From Balanoglossus misakiensis (Eukaryota > Animalia > Hemichordata), in the NCBI GenBank assembly GCA_040954595.2, contig CM082577.2, forward strand, positions 11,751,654-11,815,653: DNA of 64,000 nucleotides, written 5' to 3'. Below are positions 1-14,724 of the stretch, in pieces. Position numbers and translations under genes: made by a program. Position 1 is the first letter of the stretch. Each line of letters begins with the position of its first letter. The notes under the pieces were generated by a model. The model had not been told where the DNA came from. It made no database searches and worked only from the letters and a program-made list of their open reading frames with translations.

Positions 1-812
1 AGAAATGCATCATTTGGTCCTTTATGTGCAGTTGAAAGGCATCGATCAGCGGCCTTCTCATGCTCAAATCACCAGAAGAAAGACCTCCATTTCTACTCCA
101 GAAGGTTAGCTGTGTAGTCATGGCAACCATTGGGGCCGACATCCTGTACATTAATAATAGCGTGATATTTTTTTCCAGTGGAATTGAAAAGAGGTCGGGA
201 GTACCAGGGAATCCAGCTGAGAGATAATAGACACCTTGCTTTTTAAGTAAATGTTATGTAGGTTGCGAGTGGCCAGAGAGGGAGCAACCATTGCAAGTAC
301 AGAAGGAAATGTCGATTCTGTAAACAGAGGTAGGGAGCAGTAGATGGTTTTACCTGTGATTGACAGGAGAGGGACTTTGCTCATTTTGGATTACGTCGCA
401 ATCTGTTAGCAAGCTGGGGAGGGACCGGCACACCTAAGTCAGTGTCGGTGAACAGCATGTCTCTCTCTCAGTGGTAATAATTGGCCGACCGACCAAATTG
501 GAGTAGTTATGCTATTACTTGGCTAATCAATTTTGCCTTTGTGGGATACAGACAAGCTTTGCCAATCCAGACTTGATTTGGCGCTTTTGTTGCCGGTTAA
601 ACAGAGAGGTGACAGGCAGGGAAACGCTGGCCGCACTCGCCCGGTGCTGTGATTTTGAACTCAATCAGCTAAAGGTGTTATCCCATTTACTGTTGGACAC
701 TTTTTCACAATTGGCGTGTGTCGCGCCGCGCTCTTGTGTTTGCGTGGGGGTGCGCTAACGGCTGACCGATCAACCGACCGACGGTGTGTTACTAGAAGTT
801 AATCTAGAGCAG

Positions 813-965
813 ATGTTTTCCAAGAAGAATCTGAAACTGCTGAAAGCTGTGATGTGCGGCAAGAATGGGCAGCAGAGCGCTTCTCTGAATTTGCCGATGT
901 TGTCCTCCATGGCCGTCTATCCCGACTCGCTTGTGCAAATGATTGTCTGGAAAAATATGATGAAG
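813..965 (+). CDS. RBFOX: Candidate alternative first coding exon 1a (MFSKKNLKLL...MIVWKNMMK)
   Basis: ATG at 813, 51 open codons, AAG|GTAAAG phase-0 donor matching the 24970 acceptor. CpG-richer sequence upstream, T-rich intron-like sequence downstream. Confidence 0.6.
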
Positions 966-3335
966 GTAAAGAAAATCTCTTTCAGCGTTTTTTTTCTTCT
1001 AACCATGTTTTTTTTTTGTGGGAAAGAGTTTCTCGGAGGGAGATTGTTGATATTTTTTCTCAGTTATACTCGTGTGTTGTTCTGCCATTTTTGCGTTGCC
1101 TGTTTCTCAAATATTTTGACCGCACTGTACATGTATATGTCTACTGTGAGAGGGTATTTTTTTCTGAAGAATTTTTTTTTTCATTTTGGATTGTAATTGT
1201 CATTCGATACATTGTATACATGTACCCTTTGGTATTGGTATCATATATATTTCATGTAACGTTACACCATTGGATTTATTACATACATGTAGTGTTGTCG
1301 CTGATGAACTTTGATATACAAAAATTTTATTGTTCCCAGTTGGTGTATATTTTTGTCTGGACATTGCTGTTGATTTGGACGAGGGATGCAAAATATTTAC
1401 AACCAGAAGTGATTTTGGGATTCATCAATAAGTCTGGATGGTTGAGTAGGGACATGCCAGTTCAGCATTCTCTCTGAAAAAATAAATTGATTTTCAGAAA
1501 ACGAAAAAAATCAATCTTGATCATATGAGGAAAATTATATAAAAGTTGCTTAATGGTGTGCATTGGAAAGTTAATTTAATTTGCGCATAACCTGAATTTC
1601 AGGTCAGAGTATCGAGATAATGAATTATATTGCGTAAAGGGATAATCTCAGGCCTGTATGGGAGACGGACAAACTATCAAGTGAAAATTCATTTACCTGT
1701 AACCACATTTCAAGAGATTGTAGTTTTATTTTCGCTATAAAAAATTCATCTCTGTACGACTCTTGATTAATGGCAACTTTGGACAATTTCTGTGTGTTAC
1801 AGTTCTGTGATTGATGATTCATGAGTTTCATTGGTCTGTGAGTAATCTAGAAATTGAAATTGGTTATGAATAAATCTTCTCTGACCGACATTTTACTTGA
1901 AAGAATCAATTGAAACTATAATAAATACATGTGAGTATTTCCGTATTTTCCAAAACAAGACCTCACAGAATCAGTTATCGCTAAACACCCGTCAATGATG
2001 TGAACATAATTGATTAAGCTGATACAAGATTATATCTTGTGTGATTAGCGTGGTGTTCTGGTTGCAATTTTCACAAGATAAACATTATCCCATTCGTTGT
2101 TAACTGTTGTCCAAACTGTTAGGAGAAACATCACTAGCAGTACCCCACCGTAAGTACTGTTTACAATGCCTTGAGGTTATGACAGTGACAAATGGCAACC
2201 GTGACAGTCAGATTGTTTTGGACACTGAAGTGGAACGGGCATGTCGAGTCTCCAGGATGATATGAAGGAAATTCCGGCAGAATGTGGTCCTCCAATCAAA
2301 TTGTTTTTTTCATCTGACTGCAGTTGGTTTAAACAGTCAGATTGGAAAATGTCAACATTTTGCATGTTTCTACTCGCTGTTATTACAGCACCGAATTGTC
2401 TGACTTCAAATGTAAACACACATGAGATTTACAATTCACTGGCCAAAAAATAATAATTATTTTGGTGTGAAAATGTCTGTACATGTCTGCGCCGAAATCT
2501 GAGGGAAGTATTTGTTCGTCACCAAAAACAATACAGAGAATGGAATCATTTATTCAACTTAGTGCATTCAACTTTTGTGTAATTATGCTAAAGTGTTGCA
2601 GTAATTGGGACTGAGGAGTTAAAATTAATGTTTGTTTTGTGCATTCGTATCCACCCAAGCAGAAATGAGATTTTGTAGGGCATAAGTTCCAGCATATTTT
2701 TTTATCATTCTTCATCCCCCATTTATGGTACATGTATTCAAATTAGTGACGCAGATAACTGAATGGTGTTATTGCAGAAAACTAGTCTTTTGTCGATTAA
2801 ATTGAATATTGAAATTTTAAGGAAGGTGCTGAACTGTTTAATGGCTAAATTTTGAAGGATGCATGCATTAGATATAATTGCGGGGTGCAGCGCTAATCTA
2901 ATTGAGGCCCGCTTTGATGTCAAGAATGGTGGTTTCCTAGGCAACGCCGAGGAACGCTAACCCGAGATGTTTATGAATGAAGATGAAATTACTTGGTATT
3001 AGGGGTGGAGAGGTCCCATCTAATGCAAGGCTTGCCTCTCGATCCCTCGTGGCTAGCCCACTCAGATACTTATTACTGACTTCCAAATCACTTCACATGA
3101 ATCTAAGACCATAATGGAAATCTTATCATTGGCCTGATCCGCTCAGAAAAAGTCTCTGTGGTTTTTCCGGAGAATGGAGATGCATCCGGAGATGGTTGGG
3201 AATCCCGATAAGTGGCGACGGATCCCAAATGTACATCCGGTCAATTTGCCACAAATCCTTCGCTGCTATTTTCTTCAGTCTTAACAAGTACGTTTACTTG
3301 AAATCTCATCTGACATCTCACTGTTGGCTGATAAT

Positions 3336-3427
3336 AACCCGCTCACCACCATGGCTAAGCCCAAAATCATTGTTTCCTATACGGTAATGTTGGACCTCTA
3401 AAGAGGGAACTGGGGATGACAAAGTTA
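3336..3427. repeat. ~90-bp mini-MITE-like dispersed repeat, copy 1
   Basis: Shares GTTGGACCTCTAAAGAGGGAACTGGGG and flanking similarity with 41099-41187. Confidence 0.65.
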
Positions 3428-4970
3428 ATGTTGCCAGTATCGCTATGTGAACAACATACATCTAATTGCAAACTACAAACTTGTTCACTTTTGACAGAAT
3501 ATTTTGATCTTTAATTTTTTTAGCAGCCATTTATGTTTTTTTGATCGCTGAAACAAGCTCATTGGTCAGTTGTCACAACTCAACTCCACACCCTGTGAAT
3601 GGCAAATACACAGGAAAACTTCAATCATTTTTTTTATCAATATCAAAAATTAGACCGTCGTAATATTCACATGTTATGTCCATATATAGAGTGAAAGTAG
3701 AGTTGTAACTACCACAGTGAGATTCGGAATATATCAGTGATCAAAACGAGAGCTCAATGACCTTGATGCTATTTTCTTTTACAATCTTGTTTGCTTCCTA
3801 ATACTCTTTTAATGGCATAACCGGTATTATGATGGATTTACAAAATGTAAGGCTAACAACCAAAGAATCTGGATGTAATCAAACATACCCCAGCAGTTCT
3901 GTTCCCATTTCATGTTATAATACAGAGTGATATGTTCAGCCGCGGTGTGCTTCTACAACTGTGAAAAAAATGGAACCACTTCAAATCAAAATGCATGAAT
4001 AATCTGAACGGCAGTTCCAGTGAACACATTTACTGTAAAAAATGTTCTGCGAGGAATGAAGCGTAATAGAACCTATTAAATTTCATTGCGTGTAGCTTTC
4101 AGAAAACTCTCCTTTCAACTGTGACAATCGCTATGGCATCCATTATTGAAATACATATAAAAGGTAGCAAGGTATTTTTAAGACTGAATAATGCATGTCA
4201 CCATCAAGTTAAAGAAAATTTAGGCAGATGGTTCTGCTAAATTTTTTATCACTTTTTGTCGTTTTTTCTGTCGTGGCATTTTATGCTATCAATCTTTTCT
4301 TTTTTTTTGAGGGGGAGGGGGTTATTTGGCAAGCTGAAATCTTGCAAATATTTGATTGATCTGATATAGAAACAGCAATTGCCACTGTCTTCTTCCCCTT
4401 ACCTTACAGACCTCTTCAAAATCATGCCCAGATTTTGCAATACTTCTCTAAAATTTCAGTGTTTTATTTAATAGATTTTGTCGTACAAGAAAAACATTGA
4501 AATTCTTTTCTTTCACTTCAAAGCAGTTTACAGACTAGAATGATTATCAGAAAAGTATATGGTCTATGGTAGACTGAGGGGGGGGGGTATATGCCTCCAG
4601 AAACTTGAGATTGTCAGTACTCAGGTACTACTTTCTTTGCAAAACACTCTTGAAAATAGGAATTCACTTTGAATGTATTAAGGAGCTATATGGAATTATT
4701 AGTGGACCAGGTAGGAGTGGGTACAAAGGAGCATTTGTAGTGCAGGCAAATTAGACTTTTGTCATTGAATTTCCTCTGTAAAATATTACCTGGTGGAACG
4801 TATACGACTTAAGTTCAATTAGTCTAGAAACAACTCAAGCATTGTACCTTAGCAAGCAGCCAGCGATATGATACTGATGTAATTAAAAAGCAGCAAAGTG
4901 GAAAATTTAATTCGTGTTTGAAAAGGAGGCATAATGTAATTGTGTATGTGTGCATAGTTTATTTAGAAGG

Positions 4971-5182
4971 TACTGTAAAACGGGTTATTTTTCACGACAG
5001 GAAATTTTCGCGATATCAAAAGAGGCAACTGTTATGTGAGGATTAATTTTCGCATTCTCATATTTCTCTGCATTGGTATCTCTGAAAACAAATGTGCGCG
5101 ACTTTTTATTTTCACGGTGTGTTTTTTTGTTCGCGTATTTCGCAAAAATTTACTGCTTGCGAAAATAACCTGTTTTACAGTA
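4971..5182. mobile_element. MITE, TA-flanked (Tc1/mariner-like)
   Basis: Terminal inverted repeats TACTGTAAAACGGGTTATTTT...AAAATAACCTGTTTTACAGTA; related copy at 44501. Confidence 0.8.
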
Positions 5183-7061
5183 TATCTTTCAGAGAAAGCA
5201 TTTTTCAGCAGTGCTGTGTTCGAGCATAGGGGTGTTTGCATTTCTCTAGTCCACAGTTAACTGAAACAGTTTTCACAGCAAGCGATATTCAGATAAATTG
5301 AGATGAAAATACACTTACGCCAATCCCCTGCAGAGCACGACAATTTCTTTCAACCTATCCCTACAGATCTGATTGGTGTGCGAAAATCCTATGACTCGGC
5401 CAATATTCTGTGTTCAGCTGTAGAAGGGGTTAATGAATACTCCATTTGATAATTCGTAGAAAACATAAGATTAACCTTTTACAAATCACCACAATCTATT
5501 GAGACTGTGTAATGACATTCGTCCCCAGAGGATAGTCATAAACATCAACACCTAAATGTAATGTGCATCATTTGAGGTCCCCACTCATTGGAGACCATAT
5601 TGTTCACCATAGGACTGAATTTTTGTTTGGTTGCTCCACTCCCGATAATCTCTACAAAATTGTACGACCAACGTTTTCTCTCAGTGTGCTTCTGATACAG
5701 TTAAGGAAAGAGAGTTTAGTCTCCGGGCAAGAAATATCCATGGATAATGCATTGCAATCCGTCCTATCTACAATGTACCAACAGTGTAACGCTTTTAATA
5801 TTCAGTGTAACGTGTGAGACAAAATGGTTTGCTAATGAACTGACACTTGACTAAAACCCCCAGTAGATTTCCTTTAAAACCCAATGTGTTAGAAATTCCA
5901 GCTCTGTACAATAAAAGCTTAAGGTTCAAAACTATCAGTAAGAAAAGGTATTTGCACAGGTCAGTTTCACCATATATGCATCACAATACAGAAAAGCATT
6001 AATTTGAATGCAGGAAATTCAAATGGTCTAGCCTTTGATGATGTAGATGATCAAATACATTATTACCGTAGTTGTATTTATAGCTGGGTGATAAAAGTTG
6101 ATGCCTGATTTGCACAAAGTAGGCATGGGCTCCCTGCCGCCTCAATTGTGTTCATTTCATCCCACACATCGAACTGAAAACGCCCGCCATGTTTGATCTG
6201 TGTCCATGTGATTATGGCTTCGAGTTTGAGAGACAGAGAAATCTGATTCATGGCGTCGTGTTTTTTGTATAGTTTTCACTTTATTAGCGAGCATAAAAGT
6301 TAGCTTGTTACCGTATTACGTTTTACAGAGATTTGCAACTAAACCTCCATAAAATAACAAGCAGTTTAGACTGAGAAACACATGCATTTATGAGAAATGT
6401 TTGAAAGCATCAGAATCCATTACCAGTTTGGGAGCGTATTTATCAAAGTTATTCGTAGCTTTAACGTGTGTGACTGTTTGTCTCGAAGCATGACAAGAAA
6501 TAGATGTTCTCGTATTCACGGAGTCGATCGCTCCTCGCTCGGCGCTAAAAACACCCACCGGCAGTGATTGAATGTAAATACCCCGTGTTGTAGCAGTTGT
6601 ACGAAGTGAAATTCACTTAGCGCTGTGTAGCAACCTGACATCGCACATAGATGAATCGCCCGACAAAATACAGAGTACATAGTGAGAATATTGTTTCCTC
6701 CGAGCGCGAACTGCTGATCATTTCTGCTGATTATTAAAAGAAATCTGTGGTATGCCCCGACGAAGCCCGTCTGGATTAAGTGCAGCAGAACTTGTCATCA
6801 GATGGAGGTAAACGTTTGAGACTAATTGATGTGGAATCGACACCTGTCACTGGCAGCCATTTATGATTCATTCCTCCCGGGGCCGCCTCTGAACTTTATC
6901 AAAATGTCAGTGTTTGGATTGCCTAGAGACAGTCTGACAAATCAATGGGGCTGGGTGACTCGCATTGATGGAATCGGACTGGTTGGAAATGTCATAGTTG
7001 TCAACATATTTGGTCTGTGAAAATATTTGCTATAATAGTACATGTATGTTTTGCTCAAAAT

Positions 7062-7125
7062 GTACTGTACTGTGCTATACTGACCTGATCTATACTGTAC
7101 TGTACTGTACTTACTGTACTGTACT
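7062..7125. repeat. Degenerate (CTGTA)n microsatellite
   Basis: Visible pentamer repeat. Confidence 0.85.
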
Positions 7126-10100
7126 TTACACATTGATAGACAGCAACCAAGGAAATAGTCAGTACCTGAAATGTGAGTAAGTCATCACACAGTACACATA
7201 CCAGGTGTTTGCTGACACTTCGATGTGATATTTGAATTATCAAAAACAATTTTACAGAACAGTGTATTACTTATTGTGGTTACAGAAATGTCAGTGATAC
7301 CAATATTGATCAGGAAAGCATAATATGACATTTCATTTGTGTGTTGATGTTCTAGGATGACAGTGGTTGTCAATGCATCAAATGGAACAACAGTATTTGT
7401 GGATATTGTGTTCACCTGGCTGTTGCGAATAGGTTTGCTAAATGTGAGTGTGGCATCAACATAAATTTCAGGGGTGTAGTCGTTTGCAGAGACAGGAAAA
7501 ACACGGTTTGTCGTTTGCTGGCTGGACGTCAAGCTGAACTGTGAGTGAGTGAATTCTACTGAATATGTAGTAGCGAGTTATTTGCGCTCTCAAGTGGGGC
7601 ACAAAACATGTTGATGAAGAAAGTGGGGATCTGGGCGTCATAAAAATAAAAGATTAACCGGCGCCACCTCGTCATAAAATGAAAACTGAAATGATACCCC
7701 AAGGTTGGATGTAAAAATTTAATGTGCGTGCGCCGCAGTTATGTTTCTTAATACACGTCATGTTCTTTGAACCGCTCGACTGCAGAAAATTATGCGATAA
7801 TTGTGCACTGGTGTTAAAAAAAGGTGATGGCAGAAATGATAATTTTGCAGTGGTAGAAACAAGGGAGTTATGTGTACATGTCGACAAACACCATCACTAC
7901 ACAGTTTAAAATGCTGCCTGTTTTATGTAGCGGTACATGATTTTGCCTGAATTTGCCTGATATCTTGTGACCTCTTCAACTCCAAGCATTCATACAACAC
8001 TGCTGTAGTCTCAGTATGCGTCATTTTGATTCCAGGAGTAACCTTGCCCTCTATTGTAATAATGGTTGGATTCTGAAAGCAAGCATCATTTCTTTATGGT
8101 ATAATGAAATCAGTGCTTTCAAATGACAAATTAAGATTGAGTATTTAATCTAAAAATTCAGAGCCAGAAATTGCTAATCAATCAAAAAAACAATTTAAGA
8201 TTTCAATAAATGTCAAGCCACCGTTGCCTTTTACTCGAAAGAATATTTTTTTTTTGGGGGGGGGGGGGGAGAAAATTAATTAGAAGAAAACATCAAGATG
8301 GAACCAGAGAGGGCAAATGGCAGTGCTGTAAATTTTCTTCTTGATGAGAATTTTGGTTTTCGTGTTTGGCAGGGGAATTAGACGGATATATGTACATAAA
8401 AGATTCTCAGTTGAAATGCCGTGGCTCTCAGAAATTGAATTGGAAAATATCAGTGATGCATTCATGATTACATCGTTTTAGTGTTACTTGATGTATGATC
8501 CTGGGCGAGCGCGACCCCACTGTGAAATGCTAGCCATCCAAGGAGATACTTACCCGAGAAACATAAATTGACCCCCGACCCCATCTGATGTGGGTTTATA
8601 AAAATGAGAGAGATGTTATCTCATTTGGAGGGAAAAAATAATAACATCAGTCAATTTTATCTGCGAAATTGGAACATGCTGGGATCAATCATGTGACTCC
8701 AGTTACGGCGTCATAATAGATACATTTCTACCGCAGTTCACATTTGAACATTTTTCACCAGAAATTTGTCCAAAATAAAAGATGTCTGGCAGACCGCAAG
8801 AATATACAACATGGAAAATTGGCACTGGGGCCCACACTGAGAAAGGTTGCCCATTTTGCTGTGCAGTCGTGGTATGTTGACCTTTATGAAACCATTGAGT
8901 GGAGATTTTTTGTCTTAAATTAGGTGCTTTCGAGCAGAATGATAATTGTGGACTCTCAGTATTACAACCGCGTTGCCAGCGCACTATTGAATACTCCAGC
9001 TGTTTAATGAAATTTCTGCGATCCGCGTTGTTCTGAAAATTGAACGGCTGATTGCGATGGAGGCATAAGCAGCCACACCAATTGGAATTCTTATTGGATT
9101 TTAACAGCAGCTCGGTTATTCACGTGTAGCTATGGTGACGTAATATGACTCTTATTTATACAAACCGGGTAATTTTAGCTGCCATTTTTTTCATGGGGTC
9201 AATTTATTCAGCATATTCATTGGAAAAACAAATAATGTCGGATTTTTTTTAAATTATGTAGATATTTTGTCTTTCGTAAAATCTACTGCACCTATTCTGA
9301 TAAAACATGATTGACATTGTGCACATGTAACTTACAAGGAAATCAGTCTGATTTAAAAACAAAGCAAGTTTGCTGGAAGGTGATAGCTTACACTAATCTG
9401 TAAAAATAAGGCATTGATTTCAGGAAAAAAGTTTCCCGAATTTATGACCGACATCTATTGTAACATCAAATGAAGGCCGTGTGACTGTCAATTGTTCAGT
9501 TCATCAATGCTTGGCCCTCATAACATTGGACTGACGTCTGAGCATATAAACATGTAACAGCGCCCTCTCGTGATTATATAGAGAAAGCCAGAGCCTGTGT
9601 ACATTATGCTTAGACTCTTGTTTGAATGTGATATTTAGCTGGTTGCTAATACTGTCAACTTTGTGGATTTTAAATGGAACCTTGGGTGTACTCAAAATAA
9701 CATGCAATGAGTTCCTAATTTTAAGCATTTATTACTTTTGCTCCATGGCATTTGTTTAGTTGTAAACTTCCTGTAGCGGCCTACATGTACCAACTTGAAC
9801 TGACATGCTTTTTGTTTCTCCTTTGTCATTTTTATTTGCCATGGCAATGTCAACTTTTTTTGGAGTTGGGTGGCGTACCCTGTGATTTCTCTGCATTCTG
9901 CAACCATATATTTGCTTACAATCAGATTTCAACATTTTTCTTTCATTCATGTGTCAGGCTCTGTTATTGGCTGCTGGCATGGATGGAGTGATGTATTGGG
10001 CTTGGTTATTGGACAGTGATTTGATTTTACTTTCCTGCTTAATACCAGACACACAATGTGTGTTAGTATAACATTTTGTTCAAGTCATGTTTGTCTGCAC

Positions 10101-10877
10101 TTATGGTCTGGTACATCGCTGAAAAGAGCGGCTTTTATCCCTCCTCCTTTTTCACTGTGATCAAAGTTACAGGATCTTAATTGTAACATTGTGCGCGTTC
10201 ACACTCTGTCTGTGTGCCACAAATTGAAGCCAACTGAGCCAATTCAATTCGAAGTGGCATGTTGACAATATACCCAATAATCTAATCGGGCCCGCATCAC
10301 AGACGTCTTCATCAAAATCACCTTATGCTGTTATGCAGATGCAGCCGGCATTCATAGTCAATATATGGACGTGTAGGAAGTGGTTAGGGGGGCTAGCTAA
10401 CTCGCTGATAAACACACGTTACTATTGAGGGTTGTGATTGAGGCTTTGCTTGTCCCACAGGACAGGTAGATGGAATATACGTAATTGCTCCATAATGAGC
10501 GCCTAAATTGCTTTGGTAGAAACCATTTAGTCAAAGTGAAAGAGAGAAAAATAATCATCTCGAGAGAAGAAGAAAAAAACGAAGAAATGAAGTCACCAGT
10601 GCTTAGGAGAGTTCATTATTTTTTAGAATGAGTAATATCAGATTGTGCGGCAGAGGCCGGCTAACCCATTTATAGTTTAGGTGGAATTGAATGCGAAGGT
10701 GGGAATAGCGTTGTTATCGGTGCCACCAGACATGAAATAAAGGCACCGGTCGTATTGATGTTTGTTGAGTTGGATCCCGTGAATAATGGTGCGTTCCCCC
10801 TTCCCCGAAGCTAGCACCTCCTGCTAGCAATACTGTTGTGGCATCATTTGTAACGGCGGTAGGCTCGCAACGTGAAG

Positions 10878-10940
10878 ATGGCGACTCATTTCATGAAAGT
10901 GGCCAGTCGCCCCTTGATCAGACATCCACTTTTCTACAAG
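10878..10940 (+). CDS. RBFOX: Candidate alternative first coding exon 1b (MATHFMKVASRPLIRHPLFYK)
   Basis: AAGATGGCG start context (strong Kozak, YY1-like), 21 codons, AAG|GTAGGA phase-0 donor. Confidence 0.5.
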
Positions 10941-13419
10941 GTAGGAAGGAAATTTGACACCTCTCGGGTTTTCGCTGTTTAAGTTGCCGTGGGGGACCAG
11001 ATTCCCGTGGATGATTTTTCCTCTATGAATATTTCAGGGAGAACGATGGCACACACGTGGTTTTGTGAAGGGAGACGTCAATAGCCCATAATATCTTGTA
11101 CTTGTAGGGTCCATCTACCAAAGGAGGCAATTGTATTCTGTTATATATATAGCACATCCAATTTTTGACTGCGTCAATATACTTCTGCTTGTGAGAAATT
11201 TAAATTAATGCCTATAATTCAAACCCTGAATTTTAATGATTTCAACAGCTTGTCATAAGTATATACATATATGTTAACATCACTAGACCACAAGCGTGTC
11301 GTAAGAATGCCTCAGACCACGTAACCACCATCATTAGAGAAAAAGGATTGTAGTCTGATGTTTTCATAGATAATTTGCGCTGTGGGTGTGAGTTGATGAC
11401 CATGCAGACGGAGGATTGGATGATTGATTGTGTTTGCGTAAATTATCATGCTTTTTAGCACAGATCATTTATTAATACACTGAAGATTACTCCCTTTGGG
11501 ATGAGGAAGCAAATTGAGTGTGATGTGATGGGATGAAAACGATGATGGTGTTGGTGATGATAAGGATGATGATGATGATGAGAAGATGCAAGTGATGCTT
11601 GTGATTTTTCTAAACCATAGATTTTTTGTTTCATAAATTCAAGGCAGACTGCAGACTCTCTGTTTTAATAAAATAGCAAGGTCTTACACAAGAAAATCAG
11701 ACATTACCTTTTGCGTCCCTTGCATTCAGGTGTGTTTGTTTGCTCTTTATTTTACAGCATTTTGTGAAATACATGTTTGTTAGTTCCGTGATGAAATATA
11801 CAAGCAGGCAATGAAACATTTCTTGAAAATTGGTGTCAGAACCATAACCGCGTGCAAGCGTGCCACATTAAGCAGAGCACTTCAGTAAAAAGCTTGTTAT
11901 TTTGCGTCATAAACGAGAAAATTGTGATTGACAAGGGGACGTGGAGGGGTCAACATCAGCGAGGCGATAAATAAATTTATGTAAAATATTTCGTGCAGAT
12001 GCGGTGCAAAATGGAGAGATCAGTAACTTCTTTGAATTATTGACATAAAATATTTTCAGAGGAATGACTCGACATACTGATTGGGGAAAACGTGAAATTA
12101 TTGAATGTTGGCACAAGGCAGAAAAACGAGGGTGGCAAAGGTGATGTAAGCTTATTAGACAAATGCATTAGGATAAGCGTGGTGTTATTGTATTCGTGGA
12201 AACACGGAACGGTGGAATGGGATCCCAAGTCAAAACGTAGTCGTCTGATGTTTTAATGTGATAATGGCCGCCAGAGTTCGCGGAACTTAAAAACTTACGA
12301 ACGAAGCCAGTCAGCAGGATGTTTGCAGTTGTTGAAATATCCCCGAAGCCAAAATTCAATCTTCTTGTCGTATTAAAGTTCGCGAAATCTGCAGAATGAG
12401 AAAAAGGAGCCCTGGAGGTGGTTCATTTCAACTGAGGATCATCTTCAAAGGAAGGGGGGGGGGGGAGAGAGAGACATCAACTTTTCTTCATAGTGTTTAT
12501 GTTTTTTTGTGGAAAGCTATTTTCTGTCAGCTTATCGCAGTATCTGAATTAGTGTACTGTGTGTGACTGGACAGGTAATTGCTTTGTGTTGCATTGCTGG
12601 GGAAATTGAATGTTTGAATGATGATCTCGCGACTGCATTGCTTGCGTACTGCTGTACAATTTGATGGATCAGCAGACGTTTCAATTTGAGGATTGGCTTC
12701 TGGTGGGTGGAAATCTGAAAAAACAAGTCTTCATGGTGGATGGGATAGATGTAATCAAACGACAAGACAGTCGATCTGCAGAAAGTTTGGCTGCAGGCAG
12801 TAATCGTAATTCGTATAGGCTTGACCCCTTTGTGAAAAAAACCACAGACACACGCAAGATAAAATGTAAGTGGGTAGTGTCTAATCTACCGTGTGTAGGT
12901 ATGTCTGTAAATCTTGTCAAACTAATTGTCACTAGCTTTAGACAAAGTGAGTAGTTTCATACTTCAAGTTAATTGCCCCACTTGATGTTCATGTAGAGAG
13001 TAGCGTGATTGGTTGATTGCTTGACTGATTAGAACCAATCAGAGTGTATCCCTACTGCCAATCACTGATTGGTCCTTAATCCCAGCAATTAGTCTTTTGT
13101 GTCTTTATGATGACTGACTGCGGAGTCGCCATTACCGGCCGTAAACTCAAACAGATCTTACAGACTGTTCATAGCTGTTACTTTTTTGAGCCAAAAATGC
13201 CAGAATACGATGGGAATGCGAATGTACCTGTTGAATTCCATGTATAAATTTTACACGAAATTTGTTTATTCGTATCTTGTTTTTTCAGTAGTACATGCAT
13301 ACAAGGTTTATGGGGCGTTTGACACTATGATAAGACTCAATTCTCACCCAGTGTCAATTGGTCCACATTAATGATTTATCTTCAGAGAAAAAGTGGAACA
13401 AGACCATGGTTGTCTAGGG

Positions 13420-13931
13420 TTAAAGGCACGTAAGCTGTAACTTTTGGGATAATTTTCATAATTTTTGTTTCACACTGCACTACCATTAGTCCATGCAGAT
13501 GAAGGCAGTGAACTATACACAAGCATTATAAACCCTAAATATGAGTGCATATGCAAGTTTTAACCAGATAAATAATAAAGCTTTGCCGCAAGCGATTATG
13601 GCCGCCACCGTGGGAAAATGAAAGAAACAATGAAAATGTCGCATTTCCGGTTGTGAAACTTCATAAACAAAACATGATCTCATCCACTTGAGCTCATGGA
13701 AGTAAATGTACACCACTGAGACATCAGATTTTCATTTTTCATAGCAATATTGCACTTTTTTAAAAATTTCAGGAATTTTCGTTTTTCTTTAATTTTTGGC
13801 CATTTTGTCATAAATAAGTGTTGAGCTTGATATATTATCATGAAATAGCATTTAATAGATATAATTAAAAGCATATATGAGATTATTTAAAACATTGATT
13901 TTTTATCCAGTTGCAGCTTACGTGCCTTTAA
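13420..13931. mobile_element. Non-autonomous DNA transposon with TTAA target site (Kolobok-like)
   Basis: TTAA-AGGCACGTAAGCTGTAAC ... GTTGCAGCTTACGTGCCT-TTAA. Confidence 0.8.
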
Positions 13932-14220
13932 CTCTTGAGTACAAGTTTAAATTTGGTGAACTTTAATTCACAATACAAAAAGATGCCTTTCCATTAGACA
14001 TGGTCAGTTTAATGACAGGGGAGATTTTTTGATTGAAGAACGATTCCTATTTGGCAGTGAAAAGAATGACACGTCAGGGTCTGTGGTTCATTCACAGATT
14101 GCTCTCAGTCCGTGTCATGTTTGCTTTTCACCGTACTTGCCATATTTGACGGCTTAGATGAAATGTAAAGAAAAAAGTCCCATCGGTGATTTTTCCGAAA
14201 ACGGGAGGTGTAACTTCTAA

Positions 14221-14724
14221 TTACTATCGTTCCCATCTGGATTCGAACGATAATGTTGATCTAAATGTTACCATACTTGCACATTTGGTTTGCCAAGTTG
14301 TTCCTTATCTTACTTCAGTTTCGGCGCCCAGTTGTTGATGTTGCGGTAAATTCAAAGAGGTTATATCGAGATTGATTACAATACTAACAGTGGGGTATTA
14401 CGGGTGTCGTAAGAGGATCGTCTTACACTTCACATTGCTTGCTAAAGCAAGACTTTTATCTACGCGTGCTTTTACCACACACAGGGCTATTAAATAAAGT
14501 CAGGGTAGCGCCAATCAGTTGACTGGTTTTATTGTCTTATTTAAACAAACTGGCGAAGCATCCTACCGGGTAAGAAACCATTAATCCTGTTTGTGTTTGC
14601 CGCAAAGCATATAAACTGTACAACAACTGTAGCGAAGTTGGAATCAACTTCACAAACCAATTACACAAGTGTGATAACATTTAGATCAACATTATCGTTC
14701 GAATCCAGATGGGAACGACAGTAA
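14221..14724. mobile_element. Foldback/MITE with long inverted arms
   Basis: TCGTTCCCATCTGGATTCGAACGATAATGTTGATCTAAATGTTA is present exactly as a reverse complement at about 14675-14718; imperfect pairing continues inward. Confidence 0.85.

Noticed and set aside
854-1477. 207-aa hydrophobic ORF
   Set aside because: Hydrophobicity comes from T-rich intronic sequence after the 966 donor; no domain and a non-ATG start.
7202-7537. Minus-strand Thr-rich open frame with plausible splice sites (nested antisense exon?)
   Set aside because: No recognisable domain; splicing to the next plausible acceptor near 7016 hits a stop within five codons.
12664-12871. ATG-initiated frame ending at T|GTAAGT as a further RBFOX first exon
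   Set aside because: Donor is phase 1, incompatible with the phase-0 acceptor at 24970.
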